A DNA stretch of 56,469 nucleotides from Oscillospiraceae bacterium (lineage in GTDB: Bacteria; Bacillota; Clostridia; Oscillospirales; Oscillospiraceae). Below the pieces are notes generated by a model. It did no database searches. It saw nothing but the letters and a program-made list of their open reading frames with translations, and was not told the origin of the DNA. Location: assembly GCA_045642545.1 (NCBI GenBank), contig JAZUJB010000096.1:1-56469 (forward strand), read 5' to 3'. Positions 41,847 to 50,379 of this stretch are shown in pieces. The position numbers and the translations under genes were made by a program. The first letter of the stretch is position 1; each line of letters begins with the position of its first letter.

Positions 41847-43250
41847 TTAGCCGTGCTGGCAGATGTATGCGATTTTGCCGCTGTAGTATCTTGCGTAGTC
41901 AGCCATGGGGTCCATGCGGTTGTCGTTGTAAAGCCAACTGCCATCGGACTGACGGACGAGCATCAGATAGTCCTCGTTTGCACCGTCGTATTTGTCTACA
42001 ACGGAAGGCTCGCCGGATGCCCACTTGTAGAAGTCGGTCTCAGCGCCGCTTGTCCAGGTGAGAATATCCGCATTGTTGCGGTAGCAGCCAATCCAAACAT
42101 ACTTGACATTTGCGCCCTTGAGCAAATCACAGACGGCTGCGTACTCATCGGCGTTGCTGATGGTTGCGAGGTGGCCGCCCATTTCCATACACTTCTGCTC
42201 GGCCTTATCCCAGCTTATGTCCTCAACAATCAGCTCATAAACGGGAACTTCGGGAGTGGGCTCGGGAGTAGGCTCAGGAGTCGGTTCGGGAGTGGGCTCA
42301 GGAGTCGGTTCAGGAGTAGGCTCGGGAGTCGGCTCGGGCTTGGGAGCCGGGAGAATATCGCTGAAGCTGAAGTGTGACAGGGCGATGGGGTCAATATGCT
42401 CACTTGCATAAGCCGTGCCGCAGAGCAGGAGTGCAATGACAAGCAGGGTAACGAACTTGACTCTGCGAGTCTTGACCTGATATGCCGTAACAATGGGGTG
42501 CTTCTGCCTTTTCTTGGCAGGCTCCTCTTCCGCAGCCTTCTCGACTGTGGGCTTTTCCTGCTTGGGCTCGACCTTCGCCTTGGGAGCTTCCTCCTTGACG
42601 GGGGAGAGCTTGACCTCGGGCTTAGCCTCCTGAGCGGGCTTTTCGGGAGCTGCCTTTACTACGGGAGCAGCCTCGCGCTTGATTTCCTTTATGGGCTCTT
42701 CGCCGCAGTATGCTCTGAGTGCGTTTAAGAACTCCAAAGCATCAGCGTATCTTTCGCTTACCTCAAATGCGATTGCCTTTTCGACAATCTCGGCAAGGGG
42801 AGACTCAACTGCATTATGTACATCGATTTTTTCGCCGTTCATTCGGGTGCGCAGAGCGTTTGCTCTGACCTCGGGCGTCGGCTTGTAGTCTGCCATGGGA
42901 ACAAACGGAACATTGCCGCAGTTTAATCCGACAAACAGGATAAGACCGATTGAATATACATCAGCGCGGGAGGTTTTTGCTCCGTTCCAGAAAATCTCAG
43001 GAGCCATATATTCAAGCTCGTCCTTTGTCCAACCGTCCGCGCCTGCCTTGTCTGCAGGGCCGACAATAACACCGGATTCGGTAATGGCAATGTTGCCGGG
43101 GCGGAAGCCGCCGCGGAAGCCGTTTTCATCGCACTGGCTTGCGGAAATCTCACAGAGTCTTTTGACAAGTCCGAGGAGCTCATCCTTGGTCAGCTTGCCA
43201 AGACTGCTGCCCAATGCGCTTTTGGGGTCAAATACAGGGGTATCAACCAT
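41847..43250 (-). CDS. Membrane receptor-like protein: truncated Hanks-type pseudokinase, K/E/P-rich linker, TM helix, (PEPT)n stalk, and a C-type lectin-like ectodomain
   Basis: The kinase C-lobe motifs YMAPEIF and DVYSIGLILF are present. There is no Gly-loop or VAIK, HRD is replaced by GGF.RPGN, and there is no DFG. The TM helix is FVTLLVIALLLCGTAYA. CTLD pattern: W..AEQKC...GGHLATI...WIG...W..GEPS...W.D..C-like. A strong RBS (GGAGG) fixes the short N-terminus. Confidence 0.7.
   Translation of the reverse strand: MVDTPVFDPKSALGSSLGKLTKDELLGLVKRLCEISASQCDENGFRGGFRPGNIAITESGVIVGPADKAGADGWTKDELEYMAPEIFWNGAKTSRADVYSIGLILFVGLNCGNVPFVPMADYKPTPEVRANALRTRMNGEKIDVHNAVESPLAEIVEKAIAFEVSERYADALEFLNALRAYCGEEPIKEIKREAAPVVKAAPEKPAQEAKPEVKLSPVKEEAPKAKVEPKQEKPTVEKAAEEEPAKKRQKHPIVTAYQVKTRRVKFVTLLVIALLLCGTAYASEHIDPIALSHFSFSDILPAPKPEPTPEPTPEPTPEPTPEPTPEPTPEPTPEVPVYELIVEDISWDKAEQKCMEMGGHLATISNADEYAAVCDLLKGANVKYVWIGCYRNNADILTWTSGAETDFYKWASGEPSVVDKYDGANEDYLMLVRQSDGSWLYNDNRMDPMADYARYYSGKIAYICQHG
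42252..42335 (-). repeat. Seven imperfect 12-bp tandem repeats encoding (PEPT)n inside the 41847-43250 CDS
   Basis: Units on the plus strand: GGGAGTGGGCTC / GGGAGTAGGCTC / AGGAGTCGGTTC and so on. The variants differ only at synonymous positions. Confidence 0.9.
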
Positions 43251-43377
43251 GATTTACCTCCATACAGATTTATGTTAACATAATACCACGATGAATCGGT
43301 TAAGTCAAATATGAATATATCTTTTATTTTTGCTTGTTTTGTGGTATTATTTCAGCAAACGACTCAGGAGGCAAAGG

Positions 43378-44010
43378 ATGAACGGACACGAGTGTTATAT
43401 TATCGGAGCAGGCGACTTTTTCGGTCTGCGTGAGATTCCCGACGACAGCGATTATGTCATTGCTGCCGATGCTGGCTATAAATATTGCCGCGAGAACAAC
43501 ATAATACCCGACCTCGTTATCGGAGATTTTGACTCCCTGGGTGTTGCACCCGAGCATCCGAATGTGATGCAGCTTCCCGTTGAGAAGGACGATACCGATA
43601 CGGTGTTTGCCATTAAGACGGGGCTTGAGAAGGGCTACCGCCATTTTTTCATCTACGGCGGACTCGGCGGAAAGAGAAGCGACCACACGATTGCAAACCT
43701 GCAATCGCTGCAGTATCTTGCAAACCGCGGCGCACGCGGCTGGCTTTTCGGTGAAAACTGCGTTTGGACTGCAATCAAAAACAGCTCAATTCGCATTGAG
43801 GGAGAGGGCAATGTTGCCGTGTTCTGCCTTGACGGTAAAGCCGAGGGCGTATCCCTCAAGGGACTAAAATATGAGCTTGACGATGCCGTTATCACCTCCG
43901 ATTTTCCGCTTGGTGTCAGCAACAGTATGGACTGCAGCGAAGCGGCAATTGAGGTCAAAAACGGAACTCTGTTTGTAATGTACGATATAAATATAGGTGA
44001 GAAGAATTGA
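43378..44010 (+). CDS. thiN: Thiamine diphosphokinase
   Basis: Motifs IIGAGDF and [10 protein letters not shown], plus a C-terminal B1-binding domain. The start at 43378 has GGAGG upstream. Confidence 0.8.
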   Translation: MNGHECYIIGAGDFFGLREIPDDSDYVIAADAGYKYCRENNIIPDLVIGDFDSLGVAPEHPNVMQLPVEKDDTDTVFAIKTGLEKGYRHFFIYGGLGGKRSDHTIANLQSLQYLANRGARGWLFGENCVWTAIKNSSIRIEGEGNVAVFCLDGKAEGVSLKGLKYELDDAVITSDFPLGVSNSMDCSEAAIEVKNGTLFVMYDINIGEKN

Positions 44011-45878
44011 TTAAATACAACGCAGGAAAATGTGATATAGCCGTAATCGGCGCGGGACACGCGGGCATTGAGGCCGCGCTTGCCGCTGCGCGCCTCGGTC
44101 TTGATACAATATGCTTCACCGTTAATCTTGACAGTGTTGGCAATATGCCCTGCAACCCCGCAATAGGCGGTACGGGCAAGGGACATCTTGTGCGCGAGCT
44201 TGATGCGCTCGGCGGCGAGATGGCAAAGGCAGCGGATAAGGCCTGCATTCAGTACAGAATGCTCAACCGCGGCAAGGGCCCTGCAGTGCATTCGCTGCGC
44301 GCTCAGGCCGACCGCAGACGCTATCAAGAGGTAATGAAGCTTACCCTCGAGCAGCAGGAAAATCTGCGCACAAAGCAGGCGGAGGTTGTTGAGATAGGCA
44401 CCGAAAACGGCGCGGTCTGCTCGGTTACAACGCATACGGGCGCTGTCTACGAGTGCAAAGCAGCAATCATTGCAAGCGGCACTTATCTTGACGGCAGAAC
44501 AATAGTCGGCGAGGTCATTCGCTCCGAGGGTCCCGACGGTCTTGCAGCAGCACGCTCGCTGACTGCCTGCCTTGTTGATATGGGTCTTAATATTCGCCGC
44601 TTCAAGACGGGAACTCCGCCGCGTGTAAATGCGCGCAGCGTTGACTTTTCAAAGATGGAGCTGCAGGAGGGCGATGCCGAGCCCGAGGGCTTCTCCTTTG
44701 AAACGCTGCAGCCGCCCGAGAATAAGGCTGTTTGCTACCTGACATACACCAACGAGAAAACCCATAAGATTATTCTCGATAACATTAACCGCAGCCCCAT
44801 ATACTCAGGCGTAATCGAGGGCGTAGGCCCGAGATACTGCCCGAGCATTGAAACCAAGATAATGACCTTTAAGGACAAGCCCCGCCATCAGCTCTTTGTC
44901 GAGCCTATGGGAATGAATACGCAGGAGCTGTATATTCAGGGCTTTTCCTCATCGCTGCCCGAGGAGGTGCAGCTTGAAATGCTGCACACCATCGCAGGAC
45001 TTGAGAACGCGGAGATGACGCGCTGCGCCTACGCGATTGAATATGACTGCGTTGACCCGACGGAGCTTTATCCCACGCTTGAAACCAAGAAAATTTCGGG
45101 ACTTTACGGAGCGGGACAGTTTAACGGCTCATCGGGATACGAGGAGGCTGCCGTTCAGGGCTTTGTTGCGGGTGTTAATGCCGCGCTGAAGCTCAAGGGT
45201 GAGGAGCCTATGGTGCTCAAGCGCAGCGACGGCTATATCGGAACGCTGATTGACGACCTCGTTACCAAGGGCACAAACGAGCCTTACCGAATGATGACCT
45301 CGCGCAGTGAGTACAGACTCCTGCACCGTCAGGATAATGCCGACCTTCGCCTCAGCGGCATAGGTCTGCGCATAGGTCTTGTGTCCGAGGAACGCTATCA
45401 GGCGGTGCTCGATAAGTATGAGCAGGTAAAGCTTGAGATAAAGCGCCTTGAGCATACGCACATAGGTCCGACAGATGAGCTTAATGCACTGTTAAGAGAG
45501 AAGAATACCGCAGAGGTAACAAGCGGTGTTTCCCTTGCTGATTTAATCCGCCGTCCGCAGCTTGATTACGCAATGCTCGCGCAGTTTGACAAGGACCGTC
45601 CCGAGCTTCCCAAGGCTGTGTGGTATCAGGCGGAGATAAGCCTCAAGTACGAGGGCTATATCAAGCGCCAGCTCAAGCAGGTTGAGGAGTTTACACGAAT
45701 GGAAAAGCGCCTCCTGCCCGATGATATCGATTATGATGAGGTAACGGGCTTAAGACTTGAGGCGCGTGAGAAGCTCAAGAAGATAAGACCGCACAGCTTC
45801 GGTCAGGCAAGCCGCATTTCAGGCGTTTCGCCTGCAGATGTTTCCGTGCTTATGGTGTGGCTGGAGGGCAGAAAATGA
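44007..45878 (+). CDS. mnmG: tRNA uridine-5-carboxymethylaminomethyl(34) synthesis enzyme MnmG (GidA)
   Basis: FAD motif [26 protein letters not shown], and the C-terminal [20 protein letters not shown] start. Confidence 0.95.
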   Translation: MIKYNAGKCDIAVIGAGHAGIEAALAAARLGLDTICFTVNLDSVGNMPCNPAIGGTGKGHLVRELDALGGEMAKAADKACIQYRMLNRGKGPAVHSLRAQADRRRYQEVMKLTLEQQENLRTKQAEVVEIGTENGAVCSVTTHTGAVYECKAAIIASGTYLDGRTIVGEVIRSEGPDGLAAARSLTACLVDMGLNIRRFKTGTPPRVNARSVDFSKMELQEGDAEPEGFSFETLQPPENKAVCYLTYTNEKTHKIILDNINRSPIYSGVIEGVGPRYCPSIETKIMTFKDKPRHQLFVEPMGMNTQELYIQGFSSSLPEEVQLEMLHTIAGLENAEMTRCAYAIEYDCVDPTELYPTLETKKISGLYGAGQFNGSSGYEEAAVQGFVAGVNAALKLKGEEPMVLKRSDGYIGTLIDDLVTKGTNEPYRMMTSRSEYRLLHRQDNADLRLSGIGLRIGLVSEERYQAVLDKYEQVKLEIKRLEHTHIGPTDELNALLREKNTAEVTSGVSLADLIRRPQLDYAMLAQFDKDRPELPKAVWYQAEISLKYEGYIKRQLKQVEEFTRMEKRLLPDDIDYDEVTGLRLEAREKLKKIRPHSFGQASRISGVSPADVSVLMVWLEGRK

Positions 45879-46870
45879 GCAAGATTGTACTCGGCTTTTC
45901 CGGCGGAGTCGATTCCGCGGTATGCGCCTCACTACTTAAAAAGGCAGGCCACGAGGTCATCGGAATGTACCTTGACAATGCAGGCGAGGATGCCCGAAAC
46001 GACGCAATCAATACTGCGGAGTTTATAGGCATACCACTTGAGATAAAGGATGTGCACGCAGACCTCGACAGACTGGTGTGCAGCCGCTTTATGCAGGCAT
46101 ATCTTGACGGCGAAACCCCGAACCCCTGCATAATCTGCAACCCTGCGCTGAAGTTTGCATCGCTTTTGAGCTTTGCAGACGAAATCGGCGCCGATAACAT
46201 CGCAACCGGACATTACGCAAGAGCGGAAAACGGGGTGCTGTACAAGGGAATGCCGTCAAACGACCAGAGCTATATGCTCTGCCGCATTAAGCGAGAGCAG
46301 CTTGAAAGACTCGTTCTGCCGCTCGGCGAATATGAAAAGACCGCCGTGCGAGAGCTTGCGGCAGGACTTAATCTGCCCGTTGCGCACAAGCCGGACAGTA
46401 TGGAAATCTGCTTCATTCCCGATAAGGACTATATAGGCTGGCTCGGCAGACGCACCGAGCTTCCGCCCGAGGGCAATTTTGTATTCCACGGCGAGGTAAT
46501 CGGACAGCACGAGGGCATTTACCGCTACACGGTAGGTCAGCGCAGAGCGGGACTTCATAACGGCAGAAAGCTCTACATTTCGGGCATCAATGCCGAGAAA
46601 AACGAGATAGAGCTTGCGCTTTGGGAAGAACTGTTCAAAACCGAGGTCAATGCGCGCGAGTTCAATTGGCTGTGCGAAAAGCCGACTGAGCCTATACGCG
46701 CAAGCGTAAGAGTAAGGCATACAAAGTGGGAAAATCCGCCCTGCACGGTATATATCGAGGGCGACACCGTGAGGATTATCTGCGATGAGCCCGTGCGTGC
46801 TCCCGCAAGGGGACAGTCGGCCGTTTTGTATGACGGCGACAAAGTACTCGGCGGCGGATTTATTTTTTAA
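45875..46870 (+). CDS. mnmA: tRNA 2-thiouridine(34) synthase MnmA
   Basis: PP-loop [15 protein letters not shown], and ATGHYAR. The start at 45875 has GGAGGG upstream. Confidence 0.93.
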   Translation: MSKIVLGFSGGVDSAVCASLLKKAGHEVIGMYLDNAGEDARNDAINTAEFIGIPLEIKDVHADLDRLVCSRFMQAYLDGETPNPCIICNPALKFASLLSFADEIGADNIATGHYARAENGVLYKGMPSNDQSYMLCRIKREQLERLVLPLGEYEKTAVRELAAGLNLPVAHKPDSMEICFIPDKDYIGWLGRRTELPPEGNFVFHGEVIGQHEGIYRYTVGQRRAGLHNGRKLYISGINAEKNEIELALWEELFKTEVNAREFNWLCEKPTEPIRASVRVRHTKWENPPCTVYIEGDTVRIICDEPVRAPARGQSAVLYDGDKVLGGGFIF

Positions 46871-46946
46871 AAATTGTCGAATTTGGTGTTGACTCAGCAC
46901 GCAATTTGTGAGAAGATACTGAACAATAACATTCAGGAGGAACATC

Positions 46947-48452
46947 ATGGCAACATACTTTAACGAACCGTCAAGAACATTCAGCGAGTACCTGCTTATC
47001 CCGGGTTATACAAGTGAAGAATGCACCCCCGCAAATGTAAGTCTTAAGACTCCGCTGGTAAAATTCAAGAAGGGCGAAGAGCCCGCAATAAGCCTGAATG
47101 TGCCTTTTACCTCAGCAATCATGCAGTCGGTATCGAATGACACCATGGCAATTGCCCTTGCAAAAGAGGGCGGCATATCCTTTATCTACGGCTCTCAGTC
47201 TATCGAGGACGAGGCTGCAATGGTAGCAAGAGTAAAAAGCTACAAGGCAGGCTTTGTAACCTCCGCATCAAATGTCAAGCCTGAGCAGACTCTGGCAGAC
47301 ATTCTCGACCTTAAAGAGAAGAACGGCTTCTCCACCGTTGCGGTTACCGAGGACGGCACTGCAAACGGCAAGCTCCTCGGCATCGTTTCCAGCCGCGACT
47401 ACCGCGTAAGCCGTATGAGCACCGACACCAAGGTCAAGGAGTTCATGACTCCGCTTGAGAAGCTTGTAACCGCTCCTGAGGGCACCTCCCTTAAGGAAGC
47501 AAACGATATCATCTGGGACCATAAGCTGAACTCTCTGCCCATTATTGATGCAAAGGGCAATCTTCAGTACTTTGTCTTCCGCAAGGACTATTCAGAGCAC
47601 AAGGCAAACCCCAATGAAATTCTCGACAGTCAGAAGCGCTATATCGTCGGTGCAGGTATCAACACCCGCGACTATGAGCAGCGCGTTCCCGCACTCGTTG
47701 AAGCAGGCGTGGATGTTGTCTGCCTCGACTCCTCTGACGGCTACTCCCACAGACAGAAGACCGCAATTGAGTTTATCCGCGCAAAGTACGGCGACTCTGT
47801 AAAGGTCGGCGCAGGCAATGTTGTTGACCGTGACGGCTTTATGTTCCTCGCAGAAGCAGGCGCAGACTTTGTTAAGGTCGGTATCGGCGGCGGCAGTATC
47901 TGCATCACTCGTGAGACCAAGGGCATCGGCCGCGGTCAGGCAACCGCACTCATCGAAGTTACCGCTGCAAGAGATGAATACTTTGAAAAGACCGGTATCT
48001 ATGTTCCCGTATGCTCCGACGGCGGTCTTGTACACGATTACCACATGACTCTCGCACTTGCAATGGGTGCAGACTTCCTCATGATGGGCCGCTACTTTGC
48101 CCGTTTTGACGAAAGCCCCACAGAGAAGCTCATGATTAACGGCGTATTCGTCAAGGAATACTGGGGCGAGGGCTCCAACCGAGCACGCAACTGGCAGCGC
48201 TACGATATGGGCGGCCGCGGCGGCAAGCTCTCCTTTGAGGAAGGCGTTGACTCCTATGTAACCTACGCAGGTCCTCTGCATGACAACCTCGAGAAGAGCG
48301 TTTACAAGATTAAGTCCACCATGTGCAACTGCGGTGTAACCAATCTTGCGGACCTCAAGCGCGATGCAAAGCTGACTCTGGTATCCTCCGTCAGCATCGT
48401 CGAGGGCGGCAGCCACGATGTCATCCTCAAGTCCTCACGCGGAAACAACTGA
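46947..48452 (+). CDS. guaB: IMP dehydrogenase family protein (with CBS pair)
   Basis: TIM barrel with an active-site loop [12 protein letters not shown] and an inserted CBS pair. Length is 501 aa. Confidence 0.8.
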   Translation: MATYFNEPSRTFSEYLLIPGYTSEECTPANVSLKTPLVKFKKGEEPAISLNVPFTSAIMQSVSNDTMAIALAKEGGISFIYGSQSIEDEAAMVARVKSYKAGFVTSASNVKPEQTLADILDLKEKNGFSTVAVTEDGTANGKLLGIVSSRDYRVSRMSTDTKVKEFMTPLEKLVTAPEGTSLKEANDIIWDHKLNSLPIIDAKGNLQYFVFRKDYSEHKANPNEILDSQKRYIVGAGINTRDYEQRVPALVEAGVDVVCLDSSDGYSHRQKTAIEFIRAKYGDSVKVGAGNVVDRDGFMFLAEAGADFVKVGIGGGSICITRETKGIGRGQATALIEVTAARDEYFEKTGIYVPVCSDGGLVHDYHMTLALAMGADFLMMGRYFARFDESPTEKLMINGVFVKEYWGEGSNRARNWQRYDMGGRGGKLSFEEGVDSYVTYAGPLHDNLEKSVYKIKSTMCNCGVTNLADLKRDAKLTLVSSVSIVEGGSHDVILKSSRGNN

Positions 48453-48464
48453 TAAATAATACAA

Positions 48465-48497
48465 AACTCCTCAACCTTCGGTTGGGGAGTTTTTTTA
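48465..48497 (+). terminator. Intrinsic terminator of guaB
   Basis: Stem ACTCCTCAACC/GGTTGGGGAGT with loop TTCG, followed by T7. Confidence 0.85.
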
Positions 48498-48532
48498 TCT
48501 GAAATTAATTCACACAAATTTTGTAGGAATTG

Positions 48533-48561
48533 TTGACAAATCCGTTTTTGTGGCGTATTAT
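48533..48561 (+). promoter_or_regulatory. Sigma-A promoter of the cys leader-cysK-cysE transcription unit
   Basis: TTGACA, 17 nt, TATTAT. Confidence 0.65.
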
Positions 48562-48614
48562 ACACAAGGAAACAAAACCTATGTAATTTGTAGGAATTAA
48601 AAGGAGCGATGACA

Positions 48615-48689
48615 ATGACCAAAATGACCGCTAACAATATCTGTTGCAACATCTGTAGCTGTCGATGTTGTTGTCGTCGCATGCCATGA
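48615..48689 (+). CDS. Candidate Cys-rich leader peptide (MTKMTANNICCNICSCRCCCRRMP; 26 aa if started at ATG 48609)
   Basis: AAGGAG lies 8 nt upstream of the ATG at 48615. Seven of 24 codons are Cys (6 TGT, 1 TGC). The ORF sits between a consensus promoter and an intrinsic terminator upstream of cysK. Confidence 0.6.
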   Translation: MTKMTANNICCNICSCRCCCRRMP

Positions 48690-48715
48690 TTTTGTAACAC
48701 ACACTACATTATTAT

Positions 48716-48745
48716 GCGACGGCTGTATTATGCCGTCGCTTTTTT
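48716..48745 (+). terminator. Attenuator terminator in the cysK leader
   Basis: Stem GCGACGGC/GCCGTCGC with loop TGTATTAT, followed by T6. It ends 23 nt before the cysK ATG. Confidence 0.75.
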
Positions 48746-48768
48746 GTTGAAATGAAAGGAAAATTAAA

Positions 48769-49701
48769 ATGAAAATATATAAGTCCGTTGATGAATTAGT
48801 AGGTAATACCCCTCTTGTTGAGCTGAGAAATATTGAAAAGTCCGAAAATCTCGCAGCAAGACTGCTTGTCAAGCTTGAAAAGGCAAATCCCGCAGGCTCT
48901 GCAAAGGACAGAGTCGCAAAGGCGATGCTCGACGATGCCGAGGCAAAGGGCATAATAGGCGAGGGCAGCGTAATCATTGAGCCCACAAGCGGCAACACGG
49001 GTATAGGCCTTGCGGCAATCGGTGCAGCAAGAGGCTACCGTGTTATCATCGTAATGCCCGACAGTATGTCAAGGGAGCGTCAGCTGCTTATGACAGCCTA
49101 CGGTGCAGAGCTTGTACTGACTGAGGGCAAGCTTGGTATGGTAGGTGCAATCGCAAAGGCCGAGGAGCTTAAAAAGGAGATACCCGGCAGCATCATTGCA
49201 GGCCAGTTTGAAAACCCCGCAAACCCCGCCGCACACCGAGTTACAACCGGCCCCGAAATCTGGAACGACACCGACGGCAAGGTCGATATTTTCGTAGCAG
49301 GCATCGGCACGGGCGGCACGGTAAGCGGCACGGGTGAATATCTCAAGCACCGCAACAAAAACATAAAGGTAGTCGGCGTTGAGCCCGCAGGCTCACCTCT
49401 GCTCACAAAGGGCAGCGCAGGCGCGCACGGAATTCAGGGTATCGGCGCAAACTTCGTGCCCGATAACCTCGACAGAGATATCCTTGATGAGATTATGACC
49501 GTAACCGACGAGGACGCATATGCAGCCGGCAGAGCAATTGCACGCAGGGAGGGCCTGCTTGTCGGCATAAGCTCGGGCGCGGCACTTCACGCGGCAATCG
49601 AGCTTGCAAAGCGCAGCGAAAACTACGGCAAGACCGTTGTTGCGCTTCTCCCCGATACGGGCGAGAGATATCTCAGCACTAAGATGTTTATGGAGGACTG
49701 A
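48769..49701 (+). CDS. cysK: Cysteine synthase A (O-acetylserine sulfhydrylase)
   Basis: PLP lysine region NPAGSAKDR, TSGNTGIGLA, and GIGTGGT. Confidence 0.93.
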   Translation: MKIYKSVDELVGNTPLVELRNIEKSENLAARLLVKLEKANPAGSAKDRVAKAMLDDAEAKGIIGEGSVIIEPTSGNTGIGLAAIGAARGYRVIIVMPDSMSRERQLLMTAYGAELVLTEGKLGMVGAIAKAEELKKEIPGSIIAGQFENPANPAAHRVTTGPEIWNDTDGKVDIFVAGIGTGGTVSGTGEYLKHRNKNIKVVGVEPAGSPLLTKGSAGAHGIQGIGANFVPDNLDRDILDEIMTVTDEDAYAAGRAIARREGLLVGISSGAALHAAIELAKRSENYGKTVVALLPDTGERYLSTKMFMED

Positions 49702-49704
49702 CCG

Positions 49705-50334
49705 TTGTTCCGCGATTTGTTTGAAACAGTAAATGCATATATGGAAAGAGACCCTGCAGCGAGAAATCCGCTTGAGATTCTGCTGCTTTATCCCGGTGTA
49801 AAGGCAGTGCGCTATCACCGCAAGGCACATTGGTGCTATGAGCACGATTTCAAGTTCCTTGCACGAGCAATTTCGCAGCTGTCGCGCCATCGTACGGGCA
49901 TTGAAATTCATCCCGGCGCAAAAATCGGCAGACGCCTTGTGATTGACCACGGTATGGGCATCGTGATAGGCGAAACTGCGGAGATTGGCGATGACTGCCT
50001 TATCTACCACGGAGTAACCCTCGGTGGTACGGGCAAGGACAGCGGTAAGCGCCACCCCACAATAGGTAATAATGTCCTTATCGGAACGGGCGCAAAGGTG
50101 CTCGGACCGTTCAAGGTAGGCGATAACAGCCGTATTGCGGCAAATTCCGTAGTGCTCAGCGAAATTCCGTCTGACAGCACTGCTGTCGGTGTACCCGCAA
50201 GAGTTGTAAAGCGCAAGGGCGTCAAGACAAACTACGCAGGCGAGGTCGACCAGGTCAGCGTATCCGACCCCATTGCAGAGGAGCTTGCGGCAATCCGCCG
50301 CGCTCTGTGCGAGCTGAATACACGCCTGCAGTAA
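49705..50334 (+). CDS. cysE: Serine O-acetyltransferase
   Basis: SATase N-domain (DPAARNPLEILLLYPG), IHPGAKIG, and hexapeptide repeats. TTG start with GGAGGA 7 nt upstream. Confidence 0.9.
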   Translation: MFRDLFETVNAYMERDPAARNPLEILLLYPGVKAVRYHRKAHWCYEHDFKFLARAISQLSRHRTGIEIHPGAKIGRRLVIDHGMGIVIGETAEIGDDCLIYHGVTLGGTGKDSGKRHPTIGNNVLIGTGAKVLGPFKVGDNSRIAANSVVLSEIPSDSTAVGVPARVVKRKGVKTNYAGEVDQVSVSDPIAEELAAIRRALCELNTRLQ

Positions 50335-50337
50335 TAA

Positions 50338-50379
50338 TAAAGCTCCCAAAGGCATTGCCTTCGGGAGCTTTTGCTTTTT
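50338..50379. terminator. Bidirectional terminator between cysE and the convergent ABC gene
   Basis: Stem AAAGCTCCCAAAGGC/GCCTTCGGGAGCTTT followed by TTTTGCTTTTTT. Confidence 0.8.

Noticed and set aside
46871-46946. Purine riboswitch upstream of guaB, and a TPP riboswitch upstream of thiN (43251-43377).
   Set aside because: Both leaders are too short and lack the conserved cores (the purine three-way junction, and the TPP CTGAGA motif).
48615-48689. The Cys-rich small ORF as a RiPP or bacteriocin precursor, or a metallothionein-like peptide.
   Set aside because: No radical-SAM enzyme, cyclodehydratase, protease or immunity genes are adjacent. The ORF sits exactly between a promoter and an attenuator-type terminator in front of cysK. 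The leader-peptide reading is more economical, but this alternative is not formally excluded.
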